Assembly (NCBI GenBank): GCA_002269645.1
Contig: NIVC01000866.1
Span: 324,441-388,440 of the forward strand
From: Macrostomum lignano
Taxonomy: Eukaryota
DNA: 64,000 nucleotides
Direction of reading: 5' to 3'
Made by a program: the position numbers and the translations under genes. Shown here piece after piece: positions 1-12,700 of this stretch; the stretch's first letter is position 1; each line of letters opens with the position of its first letter. Under the pieces are notes generated by a model that saw nothing but the letters and a program-made list of their open reading frames with translations, had not been told where the DNA came from and ran no database searches.

Positions 1-289
1 TTCTGATCAACACTGGGACAGCTTATGTGTGCAATCAACACAAATTTACTTCTATAAGTGCTTCATAGATGTACTTTTTTGTGCCATGAACAGTTCTCAA
101 GCATCTAATAATTACTCAGCCAGTACCTGTGATGTGGATTGTTAAACGGCCTGACCTGACTGCAGATTCCAAAGGATAAACAAAACGATGTTTTAGAAGT
201 AAACAATTTATATTCAACAATCAAAAGGTGCTCAACACCTGTTTTTGGTGAGCTTCTAAGTTTAAAAGGAAATAAGGTAAGAATATAGG

Positions 290-620
290 AGGGCCGTAGC
301 CCAGTGGTCCAGCGCAGCTGCTCTGGTGTGCCAGCGGCCCAGGCTCGATTCCAAGTGCAGTCACATTAATTTGAAGGCTAAATTGGAATCTCGGCTTGGC
401 TCTGCTCGTGCAATTAACGGCCTTGAGAGCCAACCCCCCAAGGCGCAGTGAAGTGTACATGCCTAACGATAAAATAAAGTTAGGGCCGCTGTACACTTCT
501 GTGTGACTGTGTGCCTGCTCAGTAATGCCTATCACCGGTTGTGTGCCAATGTCGCTTTAAGTGCGACAGGGTGGGTGCACACAACCCGCTGCCTCTAACA
601 CAAACTGACAAAAAAAATAA
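290..620 (+). mobile_element. tRNA-derived SINE-like element, copy 1
   Basis: Pol III A-box-like TAGCCCAGTGG (297-307) and B-box-like GGCTCGATTCC (342-352) in a tRNA-like head, followed by a non-tRNA body and an A-rich end. A clearly homologous copy lies at about 62238-62597. Confidence 0.65.
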
Positions 621-794
621 GAATCAATGATTCGCCCTCAATGCTGAACAGGCATTAAAACAAAAAAAACGGTTAAATTCTTTGGAAATTTAACTAGATT
701 TTGAAATGATCTGAAGAAGCAAATGCGAGTCATTGACCCAAGTAGATTTAGATGGCGTAAGTGCGATTTTGTTCCTGTTATTCCAATCACTCAC

Positions 795-3700
795 CTGACG
801 ATTGCGCGTTTCTGTTCACGGCGCCCCGTGAATGCGTCACGTCGCCTCGACTTGCGTCCACATCGTCCTCCTCCAGACCTGTCGGGCGTTTAGGGTGGCA
901 ACAGTCGGTTGAGGGTTCAATTATATAAGAATCACCCTGTAAAATCGCTGAGATGTCAATGGGTAATTGCTGAGATGTCGAGGCTTACTGGGGGAATTGT
1001 TGAGATGTCTAGGCTCATGGAGAATATCTGAGATGTCTTAGGCTCATGGAGAATATCTGAGATGTCTAGGCTCATGGAGAAATCGCTGAGATGTCTAGGC
1101 TCATGGAGAAATTGCTGAGATGTCTAGGCTCATGGAGAAATCGCTGAGATGTCTAGGCTCATGGAGAATATCTGAGATGTCCAGGCTCATGGAGAAATCG
1201 CTGAGATGTCAAGGCTCATGGGGGAATATCTGAGATGTCCAGGCTCATGGAGAAATCGCTGAGATGTCAAGGCTCATGGGGGAATATCTGAGATGTCCAG
1301 GCTCATGGGGGAATATCTGAGATGTCTTAGGCTCATGGAGAATATCTGAGATGTCTAGGCTCATTGAGAAATCGCTGAGATGTCAAGGCTCATTGAGAAA
1401 TCGCTGAGATGTCAAGGCTCATGGAGAAATCGCTGAGATGTCTAGGCTCATGGAGAAATCGCTGAGATGTCTAGGCTCATGGAGAAATCGCTGAGATGTC
1501 TAGGCTCATGGAGAAATCGCTGAGATGTCTAGGCTCATGGAGAAATCGCTGAGATGTCTAGGCTCATGGAGAATATCTGAGATGTCCAGGCTCATGGAGA
1601 AATCGCTGAGATGTCAAGGCTCATGGGGGAATATCTGAGATGTCCAGGCTCATGGAGAAATCGCTGAGATGTCAAGGCTCATGGGGGAATATCTGAGATG
1701 TCCAGGCTCATGGGGGAATATCTGAGATGTCTTAGGCTCATGGAGAATATCTGAGATGTCTAGGCTCATTGAGAAATCGCTGAGATGTCAAGGCTCATTG
1801 AGAAATCGCTGAGATGTCAAGGCTCATGGAGAAATCGCTGAGATGTCTAGGCTCATGGAGAAATCGCTGAGATGTCTAGGCTCATGGAGAAATCGCTGAG
1901 ATGTCTAGGCTCATGGAGAAATCGCTGAGATGTCTAGGCTCATGGAGAAATCGCTGAGATGTCTAGGCTCATGGAGAAATCGCTGAGATGTCTAGGCTCA
2001 TGGAGAAATCGCTGAGATTTCAAGGCTCATGGAGAAATCGCTGAGATGTCAAGGCTCATGGGGGAATATATGAGATGTCAAGGCTCATGGGGGAATATCT
2101 GAGATGTCCAGGCTCATGGGGGAATTGCTGAAATTCTGTGGCCAATGGTCATTAGGGGATGCTGACATCTTAGGCTAGATAAGCCGGCTTTCAGGGCTGG
2201 TGATTTTTGCTTTAAAAATCGTTTTCCTTAATTAGGAGATTAACTCAACTAAAAGTGTCGCGAGCGGCCACCCGATCACTTACCGGACTGACTCTGCACC
2301 CGGTGCTTCCGGCGGAAATTTCTCAGCACGAAGATCAGCTGAGTGACCAGAATCAGCGGGGTGGGCGTGGAGCTGGTCTTGTTCATGTTGCTGATCAGCT
2401 TGGCCCGGCCGAACTTCCACTCCGTGTCGGACTCGGCTCGGATCCTCTCGTAAGTGTCGCTCATCATAGCGATGAGCAGGTTAATGAGCACGATGAGCGT
2501 TATGATCAGGTAGCAGCCGAAGATCACCTTGACGAGAGTCATAGTCCAGGTTGGGGACTGGGTCATGTTCGGCAGGTTGTCCGGCTCGATGTAGCCGAAT
2601 AGAGCGAAGAAGAGCAGCTCGAACGCGGTGAGCAGGCTCTTGCCCATGGCCACGGGAGTGTCGTACGTGTCCGGCCGGTACACGGGCACGTAGAGAGAGC
2701 GCAGGTGGACGGTGAAGCCGGCCATGAAGATGGCCAGAATCACCAGGAAACGCATCAGGTCGCGCATCAGATCCCGGATGATGATGGACCAGGGCCCGAA
2801 CAGGTGGTGGAAGGTGAGGAACTCCAGAAACATCACGAAGCACAGCAGGGTGGCGAAGGCGAACAGCTGGTTGCGGGCGAACAGCGCGTCCAGCCTGGCG
2901 TTGGTGTCCGAGGGCAGGGCGAAGGCGGCCAGGTGGGTGATGACGCCTACCGCTGCCACGGCAATCACAATCACCTTGAATATGCCGAGGCCCGATCTGC
3001 AACATCCAGGTGTTGAGGCGATGAGTTATTTGCCGTAATTTTTGCTTTGTTAATGTCTCCAGAGCGTTGTGTCCGGCTATAGACGACCGGCGGCGTCTCT
3101 AGATGTTCTAAAGCCCCTAAATTTTCGATATGGCTTATCGGTGTTAAATATGATGTCTAGATATCCAATATGGTCTCTAGATATCCAATTTTGACTCTAG
3201 ATATCCAATATGATCTCTAGATATCCAATATGATCTCTAGATATCCAATATGGTCTCTAGATATCCAATGTTGTCTCTAGATATCCAATATGATATCTAA
3301 ATATCCAATATGGTCTCTATGTGTCCAGACTGGTCTCTAGATGTCCAAAGTGGTCTCTAGCTGTCAAGGGTGGTCTCAAGATGTCCAAGATAATTATAAT
3401 CTTTGGCTTTCCAATGTGGTCTCTGGATATCCAAAAACGTTTCTCGAATTGTCTCAAAATGTTCTAGAGGGTCGCTAGATTACTAGAATCTTCTCTAGAT
3501 GCACTTTAAAGATGTCTCAAGACGAGGGTCTCTAAAAACTTATCAGAGTCCCCAAAATGTATCTTAAAAGATTTCAGAAGTCTTAATCCCGAATCAGCCC
3601 CCCCCCCCCAGCTCACCTGTCAGCCGGATTCGTCAGCTCAGACACCAGCTGGCCGCTGAGCCACAGCAGCAGGAGGCACTCCAGCCAGGTGGGCATCAGG

Positions 3701-6700
3701 TCCCGCCTGGTGTAGTACGGCGGCCCGAGCCATTCCGGCTCCACGGCGACGAACACGAACAGAAAGATGAGGTGCACGTGGGCGATCAGGTAGGCGATGA
3801 ACTTGATGACCGGCTTGCGGTGGTACCGATTGCAGGACAGCGGCAGGCTGAATGCCATCATCACGGGCGGGATGGCCAGGAACACGGTGAACAGCAGCAG
3901 GAACTTCCACGTTGGCCAATCCAGGTTGCCTTTCCAGACGTCCGTGAGGTAGCGCTGAACAGCCGGGTGCGCGATCACCTCCTTCTGCTCCGTTTCGAGT
4001 AGAATGTCGAGGAACTGCACGCCTCGGTTGTCCACGGCCTTCAACAGCTTGGCGGCTCCGTCGCCGCCGCTCTCGGCAGCCGCCACGGCCACCAGCTCCG
4101 TGCACATGTTCTCGCAGTACTTGCCCATCTGGACCAGCTCCTTGGCGCGTTCCTTCTCTCGTTCGGACAGGATGACAAACTTTTTGGACAGTTTGGCCGC
4201 CGTCTCGGCTGGGGCCGGTGACACCAGGATGAACTCTTCCAGGGTTTTGTTGCCGCTGATCTTGCTGCACAGCATGATGTTGTACAGAAACTGGAGCGGG
4301 ATGTCGGGCAGTGACATTGTCTGTGACATTGCAGAAATGTATCTGTGATTTGGGGGAAGCTGTTTCTGTGACATTGGGGAAGCTCTGTCCGTGAAATTGG
4401 AAACAAATCTGTGTCTGTGACATTGGGGAAATCTGTGTCTGTAACATTGGGGAAGCTGTGTCTGTGAAATTGGAAAGAAGCTGTGTCTGTGACTTTGGGA
4501 GAATCTGTGTCTGTGACATTGGAAACGAAGCTGTGTCTGTGACAGTGGGGAAATCTGTGTCTGTGACATTTGGGAAGTTGTGTCTGTGACATTGGAAACG
4601 AAGCTGTGTCTGTGACAGTGGGGAAATCTGTGTCTGTGACATTTGGGAAATCTGTGTCTGTGACAATGGGGAAGCTGTGTCTGTGACATTGAAAACGAAG
4701 CTGTGTCTGTGACAGTGGGGAAATCTGTGTCTGTGACATTGGGGAAGCTGTGTCTGTGAAATTGGAAACGAAGCTGTGTCTGTGACAGTGGGGAAATCTG
4801 TGTCTGTGACATTTGGGAAATCTGTGTCTGTAACATTGGGGAAGCTGTGTCTGTGAAATTGGAAACGAAGCTGCGTCTGTGACAGTGGGGAAATCTGTGT
4901 CTGTGACATTTGGGAAGTTGTGTATGTGACATTAAGGAAGCTGTGTCTGTGACATTGGAAACGAATCTGTGTCTGTGACATCGTTGGAGTGATTTCCGTG
5001 ACATTGTGGGAAGTCAATGCAAGTCAATGCAAGTCAGTGAAATTGTGAAGGTGCTGTATGTTACAGCTTAGTAGTATGGTCGATCGTTTCTCTTGAGCTC
5101 GTTCATAGTCCTGTATAAACTTTCTTTAGGGGTAGCAGCAGCGTGTTTGACAACTGATTTAGCAGTACCGCGCGCACCTTCCAGTCTTCCATCAAAGCGT
5201 AGGTGTTGTGCCGCTCTTTCAGCAGGAAGCTGACCACCTCAACGTGGTTGTTCTCCGCGGCATATGCCACCGGCAGTTTGCCGTCCTTGGTTTCCGCCTC
5301 GCAGTTGGCCTTGGAGTCCACAAGCAGCTGCATCACCCGCAGGTGGCCCATTTTCGCGGCAAAATGAAGCGGAGTCCAGTTGCTCTGCGGTTGGGGAGAC
5401 GGCGGGGGATCGATTCGAGACTGTTTGCTCTGGCAGCGGGTGGAAGCTCCCAGTTCCGAGAGTCGCGTTCTACTCATCCTACCACCTGACTACAGATTTT
5501 AGTTTTGCACACGAGGTTCCAGCTTGAAGTTCGTTGCCAAGGACAACTAAAAAGGAAAAACTTCTTCTGAGCGTATTGACTAACTGTTCATAATTATAGG
5601 CTGCCAGGAAGCCGAGAAACCAACTAACTGTTGAGCTTACCAATTAACCATTGAGCTTACCAAACTAACCATTGAGCTTACCAAACTAACCATTGAGCTT
5701 ACCAAACTAACCATTGAGCTTACCAAACTAACCATTGAGCTTACCAAACTAACCATTGAGCTTACCAAACTAACCATTGAGCTTACCAAACTAACCATTG
5801 AGCTTACCAAACTAACCATTGAGCTTACCAAACTAACCATTGAGCTTACCAACTAACCATTGAGCTTACCAACTAACCATTGAGCTTACCAAACTAACCA
5901 TTGAGCTTACCAACTAACCATTGAGCTTACCAACTAACCATTGAGCTTACCAAACTAACCATTGAGCTTACCAACTAACCATTGAGCTTACCAACTAACC
6001 ATTGAGCTTACCAAACTAACCATTGAGCTTACCAACTAACCATTGAGCTTACCAACTAACCATTGAGCTTACCAATTAACCATTGAGCTTACCAACTAAC
6101 TAATGAGCTTACCAACTAACCATTGAGCTTACCAATTAACCATTAGGCTACGAGATAACCAATAAACTTACCAACTAACTAATGAGCTTACCAACTAACT
6201 ATTTAGCTTACCAACTAACTAATGAGCTTACCAACTAACCATTGAGCTTACCAACTAACCATTGAGCTTACCAAACTAACCATTGAGCTTACCAACTAAC
6301 CATTGAGCTTACCAACTAACCATTGAGCTTACCAATTAACCATTGAGCTTACCAACTAACTAATGAGCTTACCAACTAACCATTGAGCTTACCAACTAAC
6401 TAATGAGCTTACCAACTAACTATTTAGCTTACCAACTAACCATTGAGCTTACCAACTAACCATTGAGCTTACCAACTAACCATTGAGCTTACCAATTAAC
6501 CATTGAGCTTACCAACTAACTAATGAGCTTACCAACTAACCATTGAGCTTACCAATTAACCATTAGGCTACGAGATAACCAATAAACTTACCAACTAACT
6601 AATGAGCTTACCAACTAACTATTTAGCTTACCAACTAACCATTGAGCTTACCAACTAACTAATGAGCTTACCAACTAACTATTTAGCTTACCAACTAACC

Positions 6701-9700
6701 ATTGAGCTTACCAATTAACCATTGAGCTTACCAACTAACCATTGAGCTTACCAACTAACCATTAAGGTTACCAACTAACTGTTGAGCTTACCAACTAACT
6801 AATGAGCTTACCAACTAACCATTGAGCTTACCAACTAACCATTGAGCTTACCAACTAACTGATGAGCTTACCAACTAACCATTAAGCTTACCAACTAACC
6901 ATTAAGCTTACCAGCTAACCATTAAGGTTACCAACTAACTATTGAGCTTACCAAACTAACCATTGAGCTTACCAACTAACTAATGAGCTTACCAACTAAC
7001 TATTGAGCTTACCAAACTAACCATTGAGCTTACCAACTAACTAATGAGCTTACCAGGTTATACTTCGAATAGTATATAAGATACTAAGATAAAAGGCCAT
7101 CGCACACACTCACGTGGTCCCTGCCGTTCACGTCGGCTCCCTGGCCCACCAGCAGGGCGGTCATGTCGTAGTGACCTTTATTAGCCGCCCAGTGCAATGC
7201 GGTCCGGCCATGACTGTCTGCCAGCCGAATCTGATTCGTGTCCCGGCTTAGCAACAGGCTAGCAACGTTTGTTTCGCCATTTTGAGCAGCCAGATGCAGC
7301 GGGATCATGCCCTGTAGTTTAGGTACAAGTTAGGGCTAGAGAATGGCAATTAAAACAAAGAATAACATTTATCGGCGGTATGTCCGGCTCACGTGTTTAA
7401 TTGTTGCCGAGTCAACTTTGACGCTTGTACTGTTGAGCAGGTACCTCACTAGGCTCTCGTGTCCGCTTTGACTTGCCAAGTGCAGCGGAGTGAAACCATA
7501 CTGTACAAATGGCAAGAAATTGAATTGACGAATGCAAGTCACAAGCTAGAAATCTTATATCGACTTTGTTGAAAGAATAACTCACATCAGAAACCATGTC
7601 CTTGAACAAGTTGTAGTCCTTCGGTTTGATGGAGGCCAGATTAGCGGGCACTTTATTGAGAATCTCCTGCACAAAGTCCTGCTTGCCGGCGTGGGCAGCG
7701 ATGTGCAGCGGCGTGAGGCCCGACTTTCGCGAGGCGATGCGCAGGTCGACCTTCTCCTTGAGCGCCTGCAGCACCTTCGAGTGGCCGTTCTGCGCCGCCA
7801 GATGCAACGGCGTCATTCCGTCGACGTTCTCGTCGGACGGCGAGGCGCCGGCTTCAACAAGGAGCTTCACCACGCGCTCGTGACCCTCCTGAGCGGCCAG
7901 ATGAAGAGCGGTGCAGCCGTTAGTTTTGATTTTCCCGGTGCACAGCAGGTTTCGATTTGAGCGCAGCAGTTCGTTGATGACGGAGATGCTGCCTTTGCTG
8001 GCTGCGATGTGAGCGCAGGTCATGCCTTTCTGCAGATTGTGGTTACCGGGGGTGTGAGCGACAGTAGTTAAATAGTCTCAAGCACCGTTATGTCACTGGG
8101 GAAATAGATTATCTTGCGGAGCTTGAGCGGCTCGTGCGAACGTTTAAGATTCTAGTGCATTGTGCCTTCCAGCCTCGACTTAAATCAAGGAGCTACTCAA
8201 AACAAATGACCTATTTTACGTCCCTAAAGTGGCCGAATAGAAAAGAAATCAATTGAACCAAAAAGTTTCGTATGTAGTAACAGTACAGTGTACGAGTATA
8301 AGGCATATTGATTAGGATCCATGCTCAGAGTTCTATCATTTTTCAAAGAGATTAACATAGAGCACTGCTTTGGTAACGTACGTCATCCTGAAAGTGTTCG
8401 GGCATCGGATGGTTTTAATGATTGTTAGAATTCAAATACCATTTTCAATTTGTCAATGTCAAATCTCTAAATTCAGAGTTTCTATTTTGGAGCTGCACTC
8501 ACAGCGCTGGCCAGGGTCACAATGTCCTTCTTGCGCAGGAACATTTTCACAACATGCGACCTGTCGTGCTCTGCCGCGAGATGGAGCGGAGTTTGACCGT
8601 TCTAAAATCGGTGATAAGTCAACTTTGACTTTGATCTTGCTGCTTTTAATGTGCCAAAGTATCATTTCTAAGGAAACTCACATTGTCGGTAGCTTTGCAG
8701 TCGGCGCTGTGATCAACGAGGGTCTCGCAGACCTCCTTGTGGCCTCGCTGGGCCGCCAGATGAAGCGGAGTCTTTGAGTGCTGGAACCATGTTTAGGATA
8801 TTGATGAATGGAGTCCGTCTGCAAAAACGGTCCCTAATTCCTAGATACGAACTCTACTTCTGATGTTCTTGGAAAGCGGGTGACATTGTTGCTATGGAAG
8901 CAAAAAACTTTTGGCCTAGTCTTTTCACTAATAATATTGATTTGAAAATGACGGAACTCAAGCCGTAGCGACAAAGGAAACTTCTGAGGGAACTCCTACC
9001 AGAGTCCTGGCGTCGACTTCCACCCCGTCCTGCTTGAGCAGGATCAGCACCACCTCGTTGTGGCCCTCCTGCGCGGCGAGGTGCAGCGGTGTGTAGCACT
9101 CTTTGCTCTTGGCGTTGACGAATGCGTTCATGCGTAGCAGGGCGCGCACAACGTTGGCGTTGTTGTTCTTTGCGGCAAGGTGAAGCGCAGCGAAACCTTT
9201 CTGGAAGAGTTCAGATCGGGATACTGGCACCGGAAATGACTAGCCATACGTGGGAAAAAATTTCATGCTTGAATGGGCTCAAGTCCGCCTTGTATTGGCG
9301 TATCACGTGGTCCTAAATCGTATAGAAGGTGCGGAGATGGAAAATAAAAGTACGCATAGAAACTAACGCGTAATAAAACGAGAAGTTGCTGACCAAAATA
9401 AGGGGGCTTGAGAGTGGTAAAGCTCCCAATTTCGATATGTACCCTCATCCAACACCTCAGAGGTAAGCTTATATAGATGAATAAGCTGTACTTTTTAAAG
9501 GAGCATAAAATATTGGCAAGAAGGTTCTGCGACCCCTGACCCAATGCTTTTGGCTCCAAAAGCTCCAAAACTGTTATCAGGCACACAATCATGCACACGC
9601 TCACCCAGGGTGTACAGCTTCATCGCTTACTCACCGTGTCAAACACGTCAACTCTGGCGTGCTTTCTCAGCAGGATGTCGACAATTCCGTCTCGGCCGCA

Positions 9701-12700
9701 GTCGCTTGCGATTAAAAGTGGCGACCAGCCGTTCTGAAAAAGCCAAGTAGGCCATTTTCCAGACTTTTCTCCAATAATCGCATTGTTCCAGCTGTTCCAA
9801 GAACATTTAAACTCACCGTTGTCTGCTTGTTGACCACCAGTTGAATTTTGTGATCGAGGAATTTAACGATCTCCAGCAGGATGTCCTCGTTGCCAGACCG
9901 GGCGCAGTAGTGCAGCGGGGTCTCGTTCGTCTGGATTTTTAATTAGCGTTTCAACACAAATCCTTTTGCAATTTTACTAAAGAGACTGTGTTTTCGTTAC
10001 AAAAAGCATTAATTAGGGAGATAGCAAGCAGAGCTAAACTGTTTGATAAGCTTGTTAATCAACCTGGGACAAAAGGTAAGGTAGATAGGTAGGTAGGTAG
10101 GTAGGTAGACAGGTAGGTACGTAGATAGGTAGGTAGACAGGTAGGTAGACAGGTAGATAGACAGGTAGGTAGACAGGTTAGTTAGGTAGATAGGTAAGCA
10201 GGTAGGTAGACAGGTAGGTAGGTAGACAGGTAGGTAGGTAGACAGGTAAGTAAACAGGTGGGTAGGTAGACAAGTAGGTAGGTAGACAGGTAGACAGGTA
10301 GACAGGTAGACAGGTAGGTAGGTAGGTAGGTAACTAATCAGGTGATAGGCAGCCGGCAGGTATGTGATTTTAGTTGTAAATAACCTGAGAACTTCCTGCC
10401 AAGCAGCGATTCGGGAGTGGCACTCACGTATTTCGTCTGCACACTGACGTCGCCCTCGTACCGCAGCAGCAGCTTGACCAGATCCGTGTCCTCAAAGTCG
10501 GTCCTGGCCTTCTCCTTGGTGAGCTCGGCCGCGTAGTGCAACGCCGTCTCGCCCTCCTTGTTGCCGAGGTTGACCAAATTGACGGCGTCGTGGCGCGACT
10601 TGGTCTGAGTCACGTGCTCGATGATAGCGGCGGCGACAGCTTGGCGGCAGTGCCTGGCCGCCATGTGCAGCGGGCTGTTGCCCTGCTGGCACACCCGAGT
10701 CGGGTCGCCGCCTTCGTCCAGCAGGGCTCGCAGCATGTTCAAGTTGCCGCCCTTGGCCGCGGTGTGCAGTGGCGTCTGTCCCAGCCGGTTGGTTCTGTTC
10801 ACGTCCGCCCCGCTCTTGAGCAGCATCTCTGCGCACCGCTCGCCGCCGCGCGTCCTGGCGGCAAGGTGCAGCGGCGTGTCCTCGTCTTCGCCGCCTTTGA
10901 AGTCGACGCTGGCGCCGAAGCCAAGAAGAGTTTCGACAACGTGCGGATGTCCGCAGGCCACGGCCGCGTGCAGCGCAGTGAGCTTGTCCTTGGTGCGCGC
11001 GTTCACGTTGGCGCCCTTGTCCAGCAGGCCTCGCACCACGCTGGCGTGACCGCTCTTGGCCGCGGCGTGAAGGCAGACGCCGCCGCCCTTGTTCGGCATG
11101 TGCAGCGGGACGCCGCGGCGGAGGAAGGCCAGAGTGGTGTCCGGGTAGCCGAACTGCGAGGTCACGTGCATCAGAGTGCTGCCGTCCTTTGTCCTGGCGA
11201 GTACGTTGCACTTGAACTTGTCGATCAGCAGCTCGACGACTCTGGTCTGGCCCCGCTCTGCAGCCATGTGCAGCGGGCTGCGGTCGAACTGCCAAGATCA
11301 GATTCAACAGTTGCATGGGTTCCATGGGTTCGTGAGCTACCAATCAGAGGAAAACTTCCTACACAGCTGTGCAATAACTACTCGTGTCAAAGCTTCAATT
11401 GTGCACCTTGCTGTAAACAAATAGTACAAAGGGTGCAAGTAGTGCCAGGACTGGCTTACATAATAAATAATATTTGTTATAGGGCTGTTGGGCACCTTGG
11501 TGCAACGCCTTTGACACTGCTGAGACCATTCGGCCCACTCCGATGACTCGATCCCGAGCACATATGGGCTTGTGGCGTGAGAGCCAGACACGTTTACTGA
11601 TGACCTCCAGTGGCCTCCTTAATTGTCATTAACTTAATAAAAACGATACGGTTTCCCAGATCCGAGAGTGCTATAGGAGCTGTTCCACTGCAACTCCCAA
11701 TTCGAAGCGATATATCTGTAGTGATCCAATTAGCTCAGAGACCAGACGGAGCCATTTAGATCTGCCTAGCGTGTCATCTGGTAAAATTGCTGCTTCTTGC
11801 ACATATAACAAAATGCCTAATTTCATTAGCCAGAGCATTATAATTATTATAAACCTTTATGACTAATAGATTAACAAACCTACATTAAAGTAACCCCCGA
11901 TCTCAAACGAGGCCAGAGCTCATCACAATTATAGTGGCTGCACTTCACAATTCATTGTTATCAACTACAGCTGAAGAGGCCTGATGTCTACTATTTATAG
12001 TTGTCATAGCAACAGAACACTAATCAGTGAATGAGTCACCTTGTCCAGCAGGGAGGCGTCTGCTTTGCAGGTGTGGAAGAATTTGATGGCCGTCTCGTCG
12101 CCCTCGTGAGCGCTGATGTGCAGCGGCGTGAGGCCGTCGTTCTGAAAACAAGTTTTGAGAAAGAAAGAGGAAACCTCTGGTTAACGATTGGAGTGGCTTG
12201 TTGTCAAAGTAAGCACAAAGATTTCTGCCAGTACTGTCATGTTGAAATATCGATTTCTTGAGCTCAGGCTCAAGCTCCTGACAACACAATATGATTTTGA
12301 AGACTGGCTTTTTCTAAGAAAATGTGTAAAAAGTAAAATTGATGGACTGAAGAAACAGAAATAAAGTATGAAACGAGTAAGAATATTGATTTAAGGGAGT
12401 CAGGGAATGAGGGAGTGAAGGGATTGAAGGGATTGAAGGGATTGAAGGGAGTGAAGGGAGTGAAGGGAGTGAAGGGAGTGAAGGGAGTGAAGGGAGTGAA
12501 GGGAGTGAAGGGATTGAAGGGAGTGAAGGGAGTGAAGGGAGTGAAGGGAGTGAAGGTACAGCAGGACTCACATTTTGCACGTTGACCTCCGCCCCGGCGT
12601 CGCACAAGATCTTGATGGCTTCCATATCTTTCCTGGAGGCGGCAATGTGAAGCGCCGTCTCACCGTTGAAGCTCTTCTTCCATTTCACCTGCGCCTCCGT

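Noticed and set aside
290-365. tRNA gene
   Set aside because: No complete cloverleaf or acceptor stem, and it continues into a shared non-tRNA body, so it was interpreted as a SINE head.
3613-5017. Long ORFs of 463, 459 and 232 aa with SQTQ/TDT/CHRH repeats
   Set aside because: Stop-free frames of an intronic minisatellite fused to the real exon 3617-4290; the true acceptor is at 4291-4292.
10492-11546. Long alternative-frame and antisense ORFs over nompC, pol and the GPCRs
   Set aside because: Shadows of GC-rich codon usage with no recognisable protein motifs.
11540-11620. Hammerhead-like C[C/T]GATGA cores with short stems
   Set aside because: The required GAAA and stems I/III are absent.
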